Shown here piece after piece: positions 39,921 through 48,459 of a DNA stretch of 56,225 nt (position 1 is the first letter of the stretch; the number at the start of each line of letters is the position of its first letter). The notes under the pieces are model-generated. The model had not been told where the DNA came from. It searched no databases and worked only from the letters and a program-made list of their open reading frames with translations. Both the position numbers and the translations under genes were made by a program. This DNA comes from an uncultured virus (IMG/VR IMGVR_UViG_3300044627_003120) (Duplodnaviria > Heunggongvirae > Uroviricota > Caudoviricetes). The DNA is taken from the IMG/VR virus record IMGVR_UViG_3300044627_003120; one strand, 5' to 3'.

Positions 39921-40798
39921 TGAAATTTTATTACTTTGGCGGGACATTTAATGAAAACGATACACTTGAAGACACATCTACCCTAAATAGTCATCACTTT
40001 GATGGAGTTATGTTTACCTATGATGCTACACAAGGAGATATGTTCGTTAGAGTTGCCAGAGATATCAAGTTAAACGAAAAAATTAAATACCTTATTGCAA
40101 TTAGACCTTATACAATATCTCCACAGTACCTATATGCTATCAATCAATCAATAAGCGAGATTCAAAAAGATAGACTACAAATAAATATAATTGCAGGATA
40201 CATCAAAGACCATGAAAGCAATGTTGGTGGAATTGTTGGTGATGTTAGCGACTCATCTTCTTCAGTTGAAAGATCAAACTATACTATTAAGTTTATTGAA
40301 AGTTTAGATGAGATATCAAAAAACAAAAAGAAAGAAGAGCAACTCGATGTTTATATATCAACGACTAACAACTATGTTTTTGATGCAGTTAAAAAATATA
40401 AAAATAAAATTATCCTTCCATACAGCATATATAAGCGTGGATTTTGGTCTGACTGGCTCAAAGATCCTTCATTAAAGATTGAGTTTGAAAGAGGTGACAT
40501 TGAAATAATGTTAGCAATGACTCCAGTCATTAGAGAAACAAAAGAGGAACTTGAAACTTTAGCACATCATGCCATGAAGCCCGTATGGAAAAAAGGAGAC
40601 GTTACAAAAGTTGTAGAAGATGTAGAATATTTTACACATGACAGTTTTCATGAATTTATTCAAATGCTTGAAGAAGATAATATTAATCACTTGTTAATAA
40701 ATGCAGTCCCAAGATCAGAGTCTACAAAGATTGTTTCATTTGTAAAACATTATGTAGAATCAAGAAAAGATTTTGCTGGCCAACAGGCTGGTAAATAA
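39920..40798 (+). CDS. Luciferase-like monooxygenase paralog 2
   Basis: Full-length similarity to the previous ORF. Confidence 0.6.
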   Translation: MKFYYFGGTFNENDTLEDTSTLNSHHFDGVMFTYDATQGDMFVRVARDIKLNEKIKYLIAIRPYTISPQYLYAINQSISEIQKDRLQINIIAGYIKDHESNVGGIVGDVSDSSSSVERSNYTIKFIESLDEISKNKKKEEQLDVYISTTNNYVFDAVKKYKNKIILPYSIYKRGFWSDWLKDPSLKIEFERGDIEIMLAMTPVIRETKEELETLAHHAMKPVWKKGDVTKVVEDVEYFTHDSFHEFIQMLEEDNINHLLINAVPRSESTKIVSFVKHYVESRKDFAGQQAGK

Positions 40799-40823
40799 AT
40801 AAAATATCCTATAGGAGGAAAAA

Positions 40824-41123
40824 ATGAACGAACAAATCAAAGCAGTACTAGCGTCATACGGAAGATCAGTTCTTGGTGCAGCAACAGCGTTGTATGCATC
40901 TGGAGTAACAGATCCACAGACACTAGCATACTCACTACTTGGTGCACTTGTGCCTGTTGTATTGAGAGCAGCAAACCCTTCAGATACAGCATTCGGAAGA
41001 ATGCCTTCAGTTGAAGAGGTCGATAAGGCAGTTAAGTCTGCAAAGGTTGTTAAGAAGACCGCAAAGAAGGCTCCTGCAAAGAAGTCATCTGGCGGAGGAA
41101 AGACAACTAATCAAGTAAAGTAA
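40824..41123 (+). CDS. Putative holin / small membrane protein with Lys-rich tail
   Basis: 'SYGRS..two TM..LRAANP.D.AFG'. RBS AGGAGG. Confidence 0.5.
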   Translation: MNEQIKAVLASYGRSVLGAATALYASGVTDPQTLAYSLLGALVPVVLRAANPSDTAFGRMPSVEEVDKAVKSAKVVKKTAKKAPAKKSSGGGKTTNQVK

Positions 41124-41138
41124 TCTTGATATAGACTG

Positions 41139-41180
41139 GCAGGCTTGTTATTTGACAGGCCTGCTTTTCTATGTTATAAT
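41139..41180 (+). promoter_or_regulatory. Terminator hairpin overlapping a consensus housekeeping promoter
   Basis: GCAGGCTTGT..ACAGGCCTGC-TTTT. TTGACA(41152)-17-TATAAT(41175) with extended TG. Confidence 0.8.
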
Positions 41181-41235
41181 ATTGTTACCTGCCCAAATGG
41201 GGGGAATTAACTTATTCGCTTGAAAGGGGAATAAC

Positions 41236-41652
41236 ATGGTAACAAAATACGCTATGGATCTATTCAATGATCCTTTTTTTATTGGCTTCAACAGAGAGTT
41301 GAGTCGCCTAAATACAGCACATAAAACAAACTCACATTCGTACCCTCCGTATGATCTTATTAAACTGGATGAAGACACATACAAGATTTCACTTGCTGTC
41401 GCTGGGTTTTCAAAGGATGATATTGATGTTTCAGTAGATAATGGAACATTAATTATCAAGGGTGAGATTGTTGAAGTGACAGATGCAGAGGTAGTTCACA
41501 AGGGAATCGCAGGAAGAAAGTTCGTAAGATCTTTTGCACTGGGAGAGTACATGGAAGTAACATCTGCAGAACTTAAGGATGGTATGCTGCATGTTAATGT
41601 GGTTCGTATTGTTCCTGAAGAAAAGAAGCCTAAATCTATTAAAATTAAGTAG
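41236..41652 (+). CDS. Small heat-shock protein (Hsp20)
   Basis: YPPYDL, LAVAGF, HKGIAGRKFVRSF, A.LKDGML and PEEKKP. Confidence 0.95.
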   Translation: MVTKYAMDLFNDPFFIGFNRELSRLNTAHKTNSHSYPPYDLIKLDEDTYKISLAVAGFSKDDIDVSVDNGTLIIKGEIVEVTDAEVVHKGIAGRKFVRSFALGEYMEVTSAELKDGMLHVNVVRIVPEEKKPKSIKIK

Positions 41653-41664
41653 TATAATAGATAA

Positions 41665-41778
41665 CATTCCGATATAAGACTTTAAAAGGTTTTACAACGG
41701 ATGCTCCTATGAGTGGAGAGTTAGCAGGAGTCGAATCTTCGTGGCTAATAGACCTGAGCAGTCGTCTATAAACTGCTC
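41665..41778 (+). ncRNA. Candidate structured small RNA ending in pseudoknot copy 2
   Basis: TATAAT at 41653. Three hairpins, then a TAGAC/GTCTA + GAGCAG/CTGCTC pseudoknot. Confidence 0.5.
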
Positions 41779-41801
41779 ATTTCCTATGCTACAATATAAT
41801 T

Positions 41802-41885
41802 GTCCCACACAGGACCTTAGTGATGGATTAGTTACCCATTGGATAGAGACCGTGGCGCAAGTCAGGTGAATTGCTTGTGTGGGAC
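41802..41885 (+). ncRNA. Candidate three-way-junction small RNA
   Basis: TGcTACAAT promoter 6 nt upstream. 12-bp closing stem and an internal GCAA-tetraloop hairpin. Confidence 0.55.
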
Positions 41886-41912
41886 CTAACATTTGGCGGT
41901 ATAATAATATCA

Positions 41913-42179
41913 ATGACTGACAAAGAGTTAGACCATTATAATAAGCAGCAGTATAAGAAGATGCTTGCTAAGATAAAAGAGGATTCTGGCTGTGTAGATT
42001 GTGGTATCAGTAATCATATTATCTTAGATTTTGACCACATAAGAGACAAGAAGTATAATGTGTCAAGGATGATCCATGATGGGTTTTCATGGAAGGCTAT
42101 AAAGAAAGAGATAGAAAAGTGTGAGGTAGTTTGTGCTAACTGTCACAGGATAAGAACACACAATCGCCTTGCTGGCTAA
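41913..42179 (+). CDS. HNH endonuclease
   Basis: CVDC..LDFDH..KCEVVCANCHRIRT. Leaderless start. Confidence 0.85.
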   Translation: MTDKELDHYNKQQYKKMLAKIKEDSGCVDCGISNHIILDFDHIRDKKYNVSRMIHDGFSWKAIKKEIEKCEVVCANCHRIRTHNRLAG

Positions 42180-42197
42180 GTATGATATACTGATAGT

Positions 42198-42521
42198 ATG
42201 AGTGATGATTCAATGATGCCAACAAGCACCTATCAAGGATACGACTGCGAAACCTGCAAACAACTAAATGTAGATTGTCCAGACTATCCAGTATGTTCTA
42301 AAGAAGAAGATACAGACTCAGAGGTTGCTATGGCTATGTATGACTCATCAATAGGGAAGGCTGATCCATGTTGGGAAGGCTACGTTCAAAGAGGAATGAA
42401 GCCAGGAGCAGACGGCAATCCAGTTCCTAACTGTGTCCCAGTAGCCAAGAATGAATCAATATTTTTTTCAGCAAAAGATTACTCAAAGCAAACAAGAGTT
42501 ACTAGCCTATTTAAGGAATAA
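42198..42521 (+). CDS. Cys-rich hypothetical protein
   Basis: 'CWEGY..GMK...G..VPNCVP' motif. Leaderless start. Confidence 0.6.
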   Translation: MSDDSMMPTSTYQGYDCETCKQLNVDCPDYPVCSKEEDTDSEVAMAMYDSSIGKADPCWEGYVQRGMKPGADGNPVPNCVPVAKNESIFFSAKDYSKQTRVTSLFKE

Positions 42522-42523
42522 TT

Positions 42524-42667
42524 ATGCCAAAGAAAAAAGCATCAGCGTTTAACCCTATTCAGATTAAAGATGGATGGATTGTTAGATTATACAAAGATGG
42601 TCGTATAAAGTCAGCAGTTGCTCCGTATGAACCAAAGCACCCTAAAAAAAATAATGAAAAAATATAA
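42524..42667 (+). CDS. Small basic protein (47 aa)
   Basis: RBS AAGGA. MPKKKASAFNPIQIKDGWIVRLYKDGRIK... Confidence 0.5.
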   Translation: MPKKKASAFNPIQIKDGWIVRLYKDGRIKSAVAPYEPKHPKKNNEKI

Positions 42668-43397
42668 TAAGTTTTATTTTTTACACATTCCAAAAACGGG
42701 TGGAAGATTTTTTACAGAGTATATAATTAGGCCAATAGAAAGAACTTTAGAAGAAAATGGCATAAAGATACTTCAACTACCACAAAATGTTGACAAGCAT
42801 GGTGGCTGGCATAAAGATATTGATGATAGCACATATATTGTTTCTATATTTAGAGACCCTGCAGAGTTTATGGCAAGTTTAATTGCACACATGGTTTCAG
42901 ATGAAAAGGGTTTAATAGATCATGAAAATGATCAAGTAATAAATAATAAATCAACAATTTTAGATATAGATAAAGAATATTTGTTTAGCATGATGGAACA
43001 ACTTAAATATTTAAAAGATTTTCAATCTCAAAACTTTATTTTGACACCAGAAGATATTAATCTTGTTACGCATTCAAGAAGAATGTATAACAAATTTGGA
43101 ACATTTATAGACAAAGAGTTACTTTATGAAAGACTTGACAGAACTAATTTAATGATAAGGCATGCAGATCTAAAGTCTATGGACTATTCTATTTTGGTAG
43201 ATAAGATATCAAATGATTTGGGTGTTAAGATAAACTTTGATAGTTCTTTAATCGACAGAGAGCGTTATAAAAACAATAATTCAGAATTTCTTTTTAATAA
43301 ACTAAACAGTAAAGATATTGCAAAAATATATCAAAACTTTTTTACTGATAAAGAAGTATACGATAACGATCTATTGTTTTGGAATAAAAATTTTTAG
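42654..43397 (+). CDS. Sulfotransferase-like protein
   Basis: FLHIPKTGG and FRDP...S. Confidence 0.7.
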   Translation: MKKYNKFYFLHIPKTGGRFFTEYIIRPIERTLEENGIKILQLPQNVDKHGGWHKDIDDSTYIVSIFRDPAEFMASLIAHMVSDEKGLIDHENDQVINNKSTILDIDKEYLFSMMEQLKYLKDFQSQNFILTPEDINLVTHSRRMYNKFGTFIDKELLYERLDRTNLMIRHADLKSMDYSILVDKISNDLGVKINFDSSLIDRERYKNNNSEFLFNKLNSKDIAKIYQNFFTDKEVYDNDLLFWNKNF

Positions 43398-43399
43398 GA

Positions 43400-43460
43400 G
43401 GGTGTGGTGTTGCAACATAGGCCATAAGTGTTTCCCGACACATACAGGCTAACCACACCC
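43400..43460 (-). ncRNA. Candidate small RNA or bidirectional terminator at the transcription convergence point
   Basis: GGGTGTGGT/ACCACACCC closing stem. TGcTATAAT on the - strand at 43477-43469. Confidence 0.4.
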
Positions 43461-43475
43461 TTATTACTATTATAG

Positions 43476-43547
43476 CACCCCTGGCAGGAATCGAACCTGC
43501 GACAAACGGATTAGAAGTCCGCTACTCTTCCGCTGAGTTACAGAGGT
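43476..43547 (-). tRNA. tRNA-Arg (TCT)
   Basis: ACCTCTG/CAGGGGT, GCGGA-CTTCTAA-TCCGT and GGTTCGATTCC. Confidence 0.92.
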
Positions 43548-43556
43548 ATTAAATAA

Positions 43557-44324
43557 TTATTCGTAATGTTTCTTTAACCAATCAGTCTGCTTATATCTTG
43601 TTAATCCTGGCCCAATAAGATATTTATCAAATGTATTTTGTGCATTTTCTTGAATCTGTTCATTTGTATAGTTAACTATTTCAGAAGACCAAGACTCATT
43701 TTTAAAAGGTATGACTTGAGCATATGGGGTACCCGCTGGGATAGTACCAGTCCAATTTTCTTTTATATAAAATGATATATTTCCAGTACCCATTAAAATA
43801 TTAGAAGCATCAATAAATCCTGAAATTGTTTTAAACGGAAGGTCATTTATATTAATTGGATGAGTAAGCAAAACTGTATAGTCTTTATCAACCTCCATTT
43901 TCCAGTTAGGAACCCAAGCGAAGGTATTAGAAGAATACCCTTCTGGATGAGGCATTCCATCTTCTACTCCTCTTGGACTACAGAACTTCCATCCACCACC
44001 ACCATTTCCCCATTGATCATCATGTTCTATTTCTAAATTTTCTTTAAATGTAATATCTGTAGGGGTAAATAAATAATATCCAGAACTAAAAACATCTAAC
44101 ATTGCAGGGCAGGACTTCCAAGAAGGTATCTTGTGAATTTCTAATGCCCTGGTTTCTCTGTTTCTAAAAAGATCTGTACGATATTTTCCATTTGAATCTT
44201 TAGAGTATTTATCCTTATCTAAAAACCACTGTGGTTTATGATTTTTAACGGGTTCTGGTCTGTACATATCACTATTATTATTTGCTGGATGAACAGAATG
44301 AAACTTTATGACGTTCTTTTCCAT
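43557..44324 (-). CDS. Hypothetical beta-rich protein (jelly-roll/dUTPase-like C-terminus)
   Basis: 'WKSCPAMLD...GY', 'HPIN..DLPF' and 'IPAGTPYAQVIPF'. RBS AGGAG. Confidence 0.55.
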   Translation of the reverse strand: MEKNVIKFHSVHPANNNSDMYRPEPVKNHKPQWFLDKDKYSKDSNGKYRTDLFRNRETRALEIHKIPSWKSCPAMLDVFSSGYYLFTPTDITFKENLEIEHDDQWGNGGGGWKFCSPRGVEDGMPHPEGYSSNTFAWVPNWKMEVDKDYTVLLTHPININDLPFKTISGFIDASNILMGTGNISFYIKENWTGTIPAGTPYAQVIPFKNESWSSEIVNYTNEQIQENAQNTFDKYLIGPGLTRYKQTDWLKKHYE

Positions 44325-44355
44325 TAACTTGCTCCTATCTTTAACACTCGTTTTG

Positions 44356-44430
44356 TACACCAGGTAGGACTTGAACCTACGAATAGCCGAATTATGAGTT
44401 CGGTGCCTTAACCAACTTGGCTACTGGTGC
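44356..44430 (-). tRNA. tRNA with CAT anticodon (Ile2/lysidine or elongator Met)
   Basis: GCACCAG/CTGGTGT, CCGAA-CTCATAA-TTCGG and GGTTCAAGTCC. No initiator GGG/CCC anticodon stem. Confidence 0.88.
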
Positions 44431-44436
44431 TAAACC

Positions 44437-44890
44437 TTACTTGATTAATAAGCCAAAGAATGTTCCAATTAAGAAACAAAGAATGCCAACTGTCCAATGA
44501 TAGTAAGTTTTCATATGTTCTTTAATAATTACATGCTTTAATTCGTCTGGAATTTTTTTTAATTTATCGTAATCTACCACGACTAACTCCGATCTTATTT
44601 AGATGTTGGGCGTAACACACCAAGAAGAAGTTCTTCTCTAATTTTTTTCTGTGTGCGTTCAAACTTTGAAAGATGTGGCTTAGCCTGTATCCTTTTTTTA
44701 TTTTTGTTTGCTCTCTTAATCTTATGCTGAGATACCTTGTCGTTTGACTTTTTCACTTTGCACCTTGATTTTCTGCTACGCTGTCACAAGGACAGATAAT
44801 TGATTCTGGAAGTTCGTGAACCTTTGTTATAATAGTAATCATAGTTTCACACTCATTGCACTTGTATATTTTCTTAACTCGTTTGCTCAT
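44437..44890 (-). CDS. Three small ORFs: 44753-44890 (Zn ribbon), 44595-44756 (basic), 44437-44580 (TM)
   Basis: Hand-translated and tightly packed. The first has an upstream TGGTATGAT. Confidence 0.5.
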
Positions 44891-44921
44891 AAACTAATCA
44901 TACCATAATCCATAGACAAGT

Positions 44922-45389
44922 TCAATCCTTGTTCCCATCCCAAGTGCCAATCTTTGTTGTAGGAATGTCATGATCTTGCCACAACTTTATTACATTTGGG
45001 TTATCATCAACAGCATGAACAACATTCCAAAGGATACTTATCTTATCAAGCATATCTTTCTTTGCTTCATAGTCTGGTCTGTTATCGTCGTCTGACCTCA
45101 TAAATAAACCATGAGATCTAATATTATTTTTAGCAAGCCACATAGATGTTAGTCCACGATATTTTTCCTTGCGGGATGTTACAACAAGGATAGAATGTCG
45201 GTCAGCAACTGCATTATTTAACATTTCAACTACATCCAGGTTTGGCAGGGCATCTATAGAAGCCTCATGAAAGGCATTGTAGTCCCTATTAGAGCCACGA
45301 ACAAGGTGTAGGTAGGGATCTACATTAGCCAATGTGCCATCAACGTCAAATATGTAAGCAGTAGGCCTTATATCAACCTTGATCAACAT
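44922..45389 (-). CDS. HAD-family phosphatase (PNKP 3'-phosphatase-like)
   Basis: FDVDGTL, VTSR, MR..DD.RPD...K and VDD. Confidence 0.85.
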   Translation of the reverse strand: MLIKVDIRPTAYIFDVDGTLANVDPYLHLVRGSNRDYNAFHEASIDALPNLDVVEMLNNAVADRHSILVVTSRKEKYRGLTSMWLAKNNIRSHGLFMRSDDDNRPDYEAKKDMLDKISILWNVVHAVDDNPNVIKLWQDHDIPTTKIGTWDGNKD

Positions 45390-45691
45390 TATAAGTCATT
45401 CTAAAATAACATGCTACAAACCCTAAAGCAAACCCTACAATAATTGTAGGAATTAAAAAAAATATGTTAATCATTCAAAATCCACCTGTCTCTCAAACAT
45501 ATTGTTGTCTCCTCTTGCTACCTTTGCAGCAAGCATACGCATTCCTAATGCATTTAGTTGTGCGTTTTCTTCACCAAGTGAGATATTTTCTATCTCCCGT
45601 GCAATTTCTTCTCTTAATATCATATCATCTATGCTCATATATTAATTATACACTGATGCACAAGCAATGTCAAGAAGGTTGTTTGTTTATA

Positions 45692-46399
45692 TCAGCAATC
45701 ATCTTTAGTGCTTAGCGGAACTTCTGAAGTAGACCAGCACTGACCATAAAGAGTATGTCTATTGTTAGGTCCAAGAACTTTTTTAACTCTGTGCTCAAAT
45801 TCTTTTCCTACTGGAATATTAATTAGCATTCCAGCCTTTGGATGAATTGAGTGACCACTTCTAAATTCTATTTCTCCACCCTCAAAATCATCATTAAGAT
45901 AAATAGAGTGTGATGCAACTCTGTTTCCATATTTACCAGTGTCCTCCCAATGCCAGTCCATTGCATAGTCAATGTCCTTAGCATCTTCTGGGTTAGATCT
46001 AATAGCATGCATTTCTGCATCACCAAGAGACATGCTTTCATCCCTATCTCTTTCTATTTCTTCATCTGTACAATATTTAAATGTTTGAATTCCGCTGTTG
46101 GGTGCATATCCTTCTGGCAGAACAGATTCTAATCTCTTCCAGATACCATTTTCATTAGAAAAAAGATCAAGGACTTCTTGAACCATTACACTGTCCTTGG
46201 TAGGAATTGAAAGAGTTCCATCTTCTTCGTGCTCTGGAACATGCATTGGCCATCTGTTTAATATGTTTTTATATGGCGATCTCATAGTTGCATACCAAGC
46301 ACCAGGAGCATCCCAATACTTCTTTAAAATTAATAGTTCTTCATCAGTTAAAAAGTTCTCAATGTACCAAACTTGTCCATCTAAATATGTTTTTTCCAT
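45692..46399 (-). CDS. 2OG-Fe(II) oxygenase (prolyl-4-hydroxylase-like)
   Basis: WHWED, YLNDDFEGGE and H.V...R. Confidence 0.8.
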   Translation of the reverse strand: MEKTYLDGQVWYIENFLTDEELLILKKYWDAPGAWYATMRSPYKNILNRWPMHVPEHEEDGTLSIPTKDSVMVQEVLDLFSNENGIWKRLESVLPEGYAPNSGIQTFKYCTDEEIERDRDESMSLGDAEMHAIRSNPEDAKDIDYAMDWHWEDTGKYGNRVASHSIYLNDDFEGGEIEFRSGHSIHPKAGMLINIPVGKEFEHRVKKVLGPNNRHTLYGQCWSTSEVPLSTKDDC

Positions 46400-46406
46400 A
46401 AAATCA

Positions 46407-46841
46407 TTATACCTTAATTTCTAAAACTGGATACGAGTTGGGGTAGTGAGTGACCAAACCATCAACAGATATTAAGAATTTTTCAAAGTTCCAACCGATT
46501 TCTCTACCTGGAGTAGCAACATCCTTGCAATACTTATATATTGGATGAGCGTTTGGTCCGTTTACTTCTACCTTTTGAGATATGGGAAATGTTATTCCAT
46601 ATACGCTTGTGCAGAAGTTTTTAATTTCTTGATCTGTTCCTGGCTCCTGATTGCCAAACTGATTGCATGGAAATCCAATTACAACTAATGAGTCACTTTG
46701 AATTTTTTGTAAATCAGCATACTGTTTTGTGTATCCACACTGACTTGCTGTATTTACTATTAAAACATTTTTTCCTTTAAAACTTTCCAGTTTTATTTCA
46801 TTACCATTGTTGTCAATAAATGACAAGTCATATATACTCAT
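46407..46841 (-). CDS. Glutathione peroxidase (Cys-type)
   Basis: VNTASQCGYT, GFPCNQFGNQEPG and WNFEKFLI. Confidence 0.93.
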   Translation of the reverse strand: MSIYDLSFIDNNGNEIKLESFKGKNVLIVNTASQCGYTKQYADLQKIQSDSLVVIGFPCNQFGNQEPGTDQEIKNFCTSVYGITFPISQKVEVNGPNAHPIYKYCKDVATPGREIGWNFEKFLISVDGLVTHYPNSYPVLEIKV

Positions 46842-46859
46842 GCGAATTTCTGCTTTCTG

Positions 46860-47648
46860 TTAGTTAGATAGAACAAGGTTAGGATTAATGCGTGATCGTT
46901 CGCCAGCCATAAGTCTTTCGATGTGATCACGGATAACAGCATTTTCTTCGTTGAAGATGTACTCTGATCTGTCAGGACCCATAGAAGCATGAATTCCTTG
47001 TGCTGCAAGATCTTCCTTTAATGTACGCTCTACATCCCAGTTCAATGTTGTAGCAGGATAGTGCTTAACTACATAGCCATCCTTATCAATCAAATATTTC
47101 TCAAAGTTTGCGTTCATCATGACACCACCGTTATGCTCATTTAGGTATCTTGATTCATAGTCTGTCTTTTCAACTAATCCTTTTTCTCTTTTGTCTTCCT
47201 GTAATGCCTTAATCTGCTCAGAGATTTCTAAATAAAGTTCATGTCTTTCTCCAAAAGGCTGACCGTTTCCGTTAAGTCCTGGACCCTTGCCAAGCCATGG
47301 TGCTTCTAATGGAATATCTGCGGGATTAGATGTGATCATTTCTGAGAATGGGAATGTAACACCATAAACATCTTCTCCGTATAACTTAGAGTCCAGACCA
47401 CATGTAATACCTTGTGACCACTTACCCTTTGTTATGCTTGGACCACAGAAATCATTAGTAGGAATTGCTACAACAGTAAAATCTTCTCCTGCCATATCTT
47501 CCTGAATCCATTCGATGGACTCCATTTGACCAGCGTTACCACAACCTACAGTGGTATTGATTAGCAAAACTACTTTGCCTTTAAATTGTTCAAGAAAATT
47601 TGGAGTGCCTTCGGCAGAGTCCAACTGGATGTCGTAAATAGATTTCAT
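46860..47648 (-). CDS. Divergent glutathione-peroxidase-like protein
   Basis: INTTVGCGN, IPTNDFCG and NFEKYLIDKDG. Confidence 0.75.
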   Translation of the reverse strand: MKSIYDIQLDSAEGTPNFLEQFKGKVVLLINTTVGCGNAGQMESIEWIQEDMAGEDFTVVAIPTNDFCGPSITKGKWSQGITCGLDSKLYGEDVYGVTFPFSEMITSNPADIPLEAPWLGKGPGLNGNGQPFGERHELYLEISEQIKALQEDKREKGLVEKTDYESRYLNEHNGGVMMNANFEKYLIDKDGYVVKHYPATTLNWDVERTLKEDLAAQGIHASMGPDRSEYIFNEENAVIRDHIERLMAGERSRINPNLVLSN

Positions 47649-47680
47649 ATTGTTATTATAGCACCTTTTTTATTTTAAGA

Positions 47681-48364
47681 TTAGCAGTCATCTGCTGTGC
47701 TTACAGGCGCAGATGCAAGGTCTACAAAAGAATTGCCATAAAGAGTATGCCTTGAGTTTGGCCCAAGAACCTTATTTACCCTGTGTGTATACTCATTACC
47801 ACCAGGAATTACAGCAAGCATGCCAGCCTTTGGCTTAATTTTAATTGGAAGGTGCATGAACTCAAGTTCACCACCCTCAAAATCATCGTTTAAATAAAGA
47901 CTGAAAGATGCCAAGATGTTGTGCTCTACGCCTGGATCTTGATGCCAATACATTGCAAAGTCAATTTCGTTTCTGTCTACGCCATACTCTTTCATTAGAT
48001 CTTCATTTGCATTATTAATAATTTCTTCATCTGTCATGTACTTAAATGTTTGAAGTGTTGCGTGTCTTTTGTATCCTGGTGGAAGAACTGATTCCAGCCT
48101 ATCCCATATTCCTCCAGGCTTTGAAAATACTGTAAGTTCTAAAACCTCTGAGTTTTCATTTGGAAATTCTATGTTTCCATCAGCATTATACTTTGGTACA
48201 ATATTTAAAAACTTATTAAGTATGTTTCTGTATGGTGATCTCATGGTTGGATACCAAGCATTTACATCTTCTGTATTAGTTTTAAACCAGTCTAATTCTT
48301 CTTTTGTTAGAAAGTCTTCTATGATCCAGACCTTTTTGTTTTCGTCTAAGTATATTTTTTCCAT
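47681..48364 (-). CDS. 2OG-Fe(II) oxygenase (paralog of 45692-46399)
   Basis: WHQD and YLNDDFEGGE. The real start is at 48364 (leaderless); the longer track ORF overlaps a tRNA. Confidence 0.8.
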   Translation of the reverse strand: MEKIYLDENKKVWIIEDFLTKEELDWFKTNTEDVNAWYPTMRSPYRNILNKFLNIVPKYNADGNIEFPNENSEVLELTVFSKPGGIWDRLESVLPPGYKRHATLQTFKYMTDEEIINNANEDLMKEYGVDRNEIDFAMYWHQDPGVEHNILASFSLYLNDDFEGGELEFMHLPIKIKPKAGMLAVIPGGNEYTHRVNKVLGPNSRHTLYGNSFVDLASAPVSTADDC

Positions 48365-48387
48365 GTATACATAATACCATAACTTTG

Positions 48388-48459
48388 TAGCCCCAACGGG
48401 AATCGAACCCGTCTTTACGCCGTGAAAGGGCGTTGTCCTAACCGATAGACGATGGAGCC
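48388..48459 (-). tRNA. tRNA-Glu (TTC)
   Basis: GGCTCCA/TGGGGCT, ACGCC-CTTTCAC-GGCGT and GGTTCGATTCC. Confidence 0.92.

Noticed and set aside
41802..41885. Hammerhead ribozyme or known riboswitch identity
   Set aside because: The CUGAUGA/GAAA core is absent and I could not match a riboswitch consensus by eye. Left as an unassigned candidate.
46407..47648. Selenocysteine recoding in the GPx genes
   Set aside because: Both active-site positions are Cys codons in uninterrupted frames.
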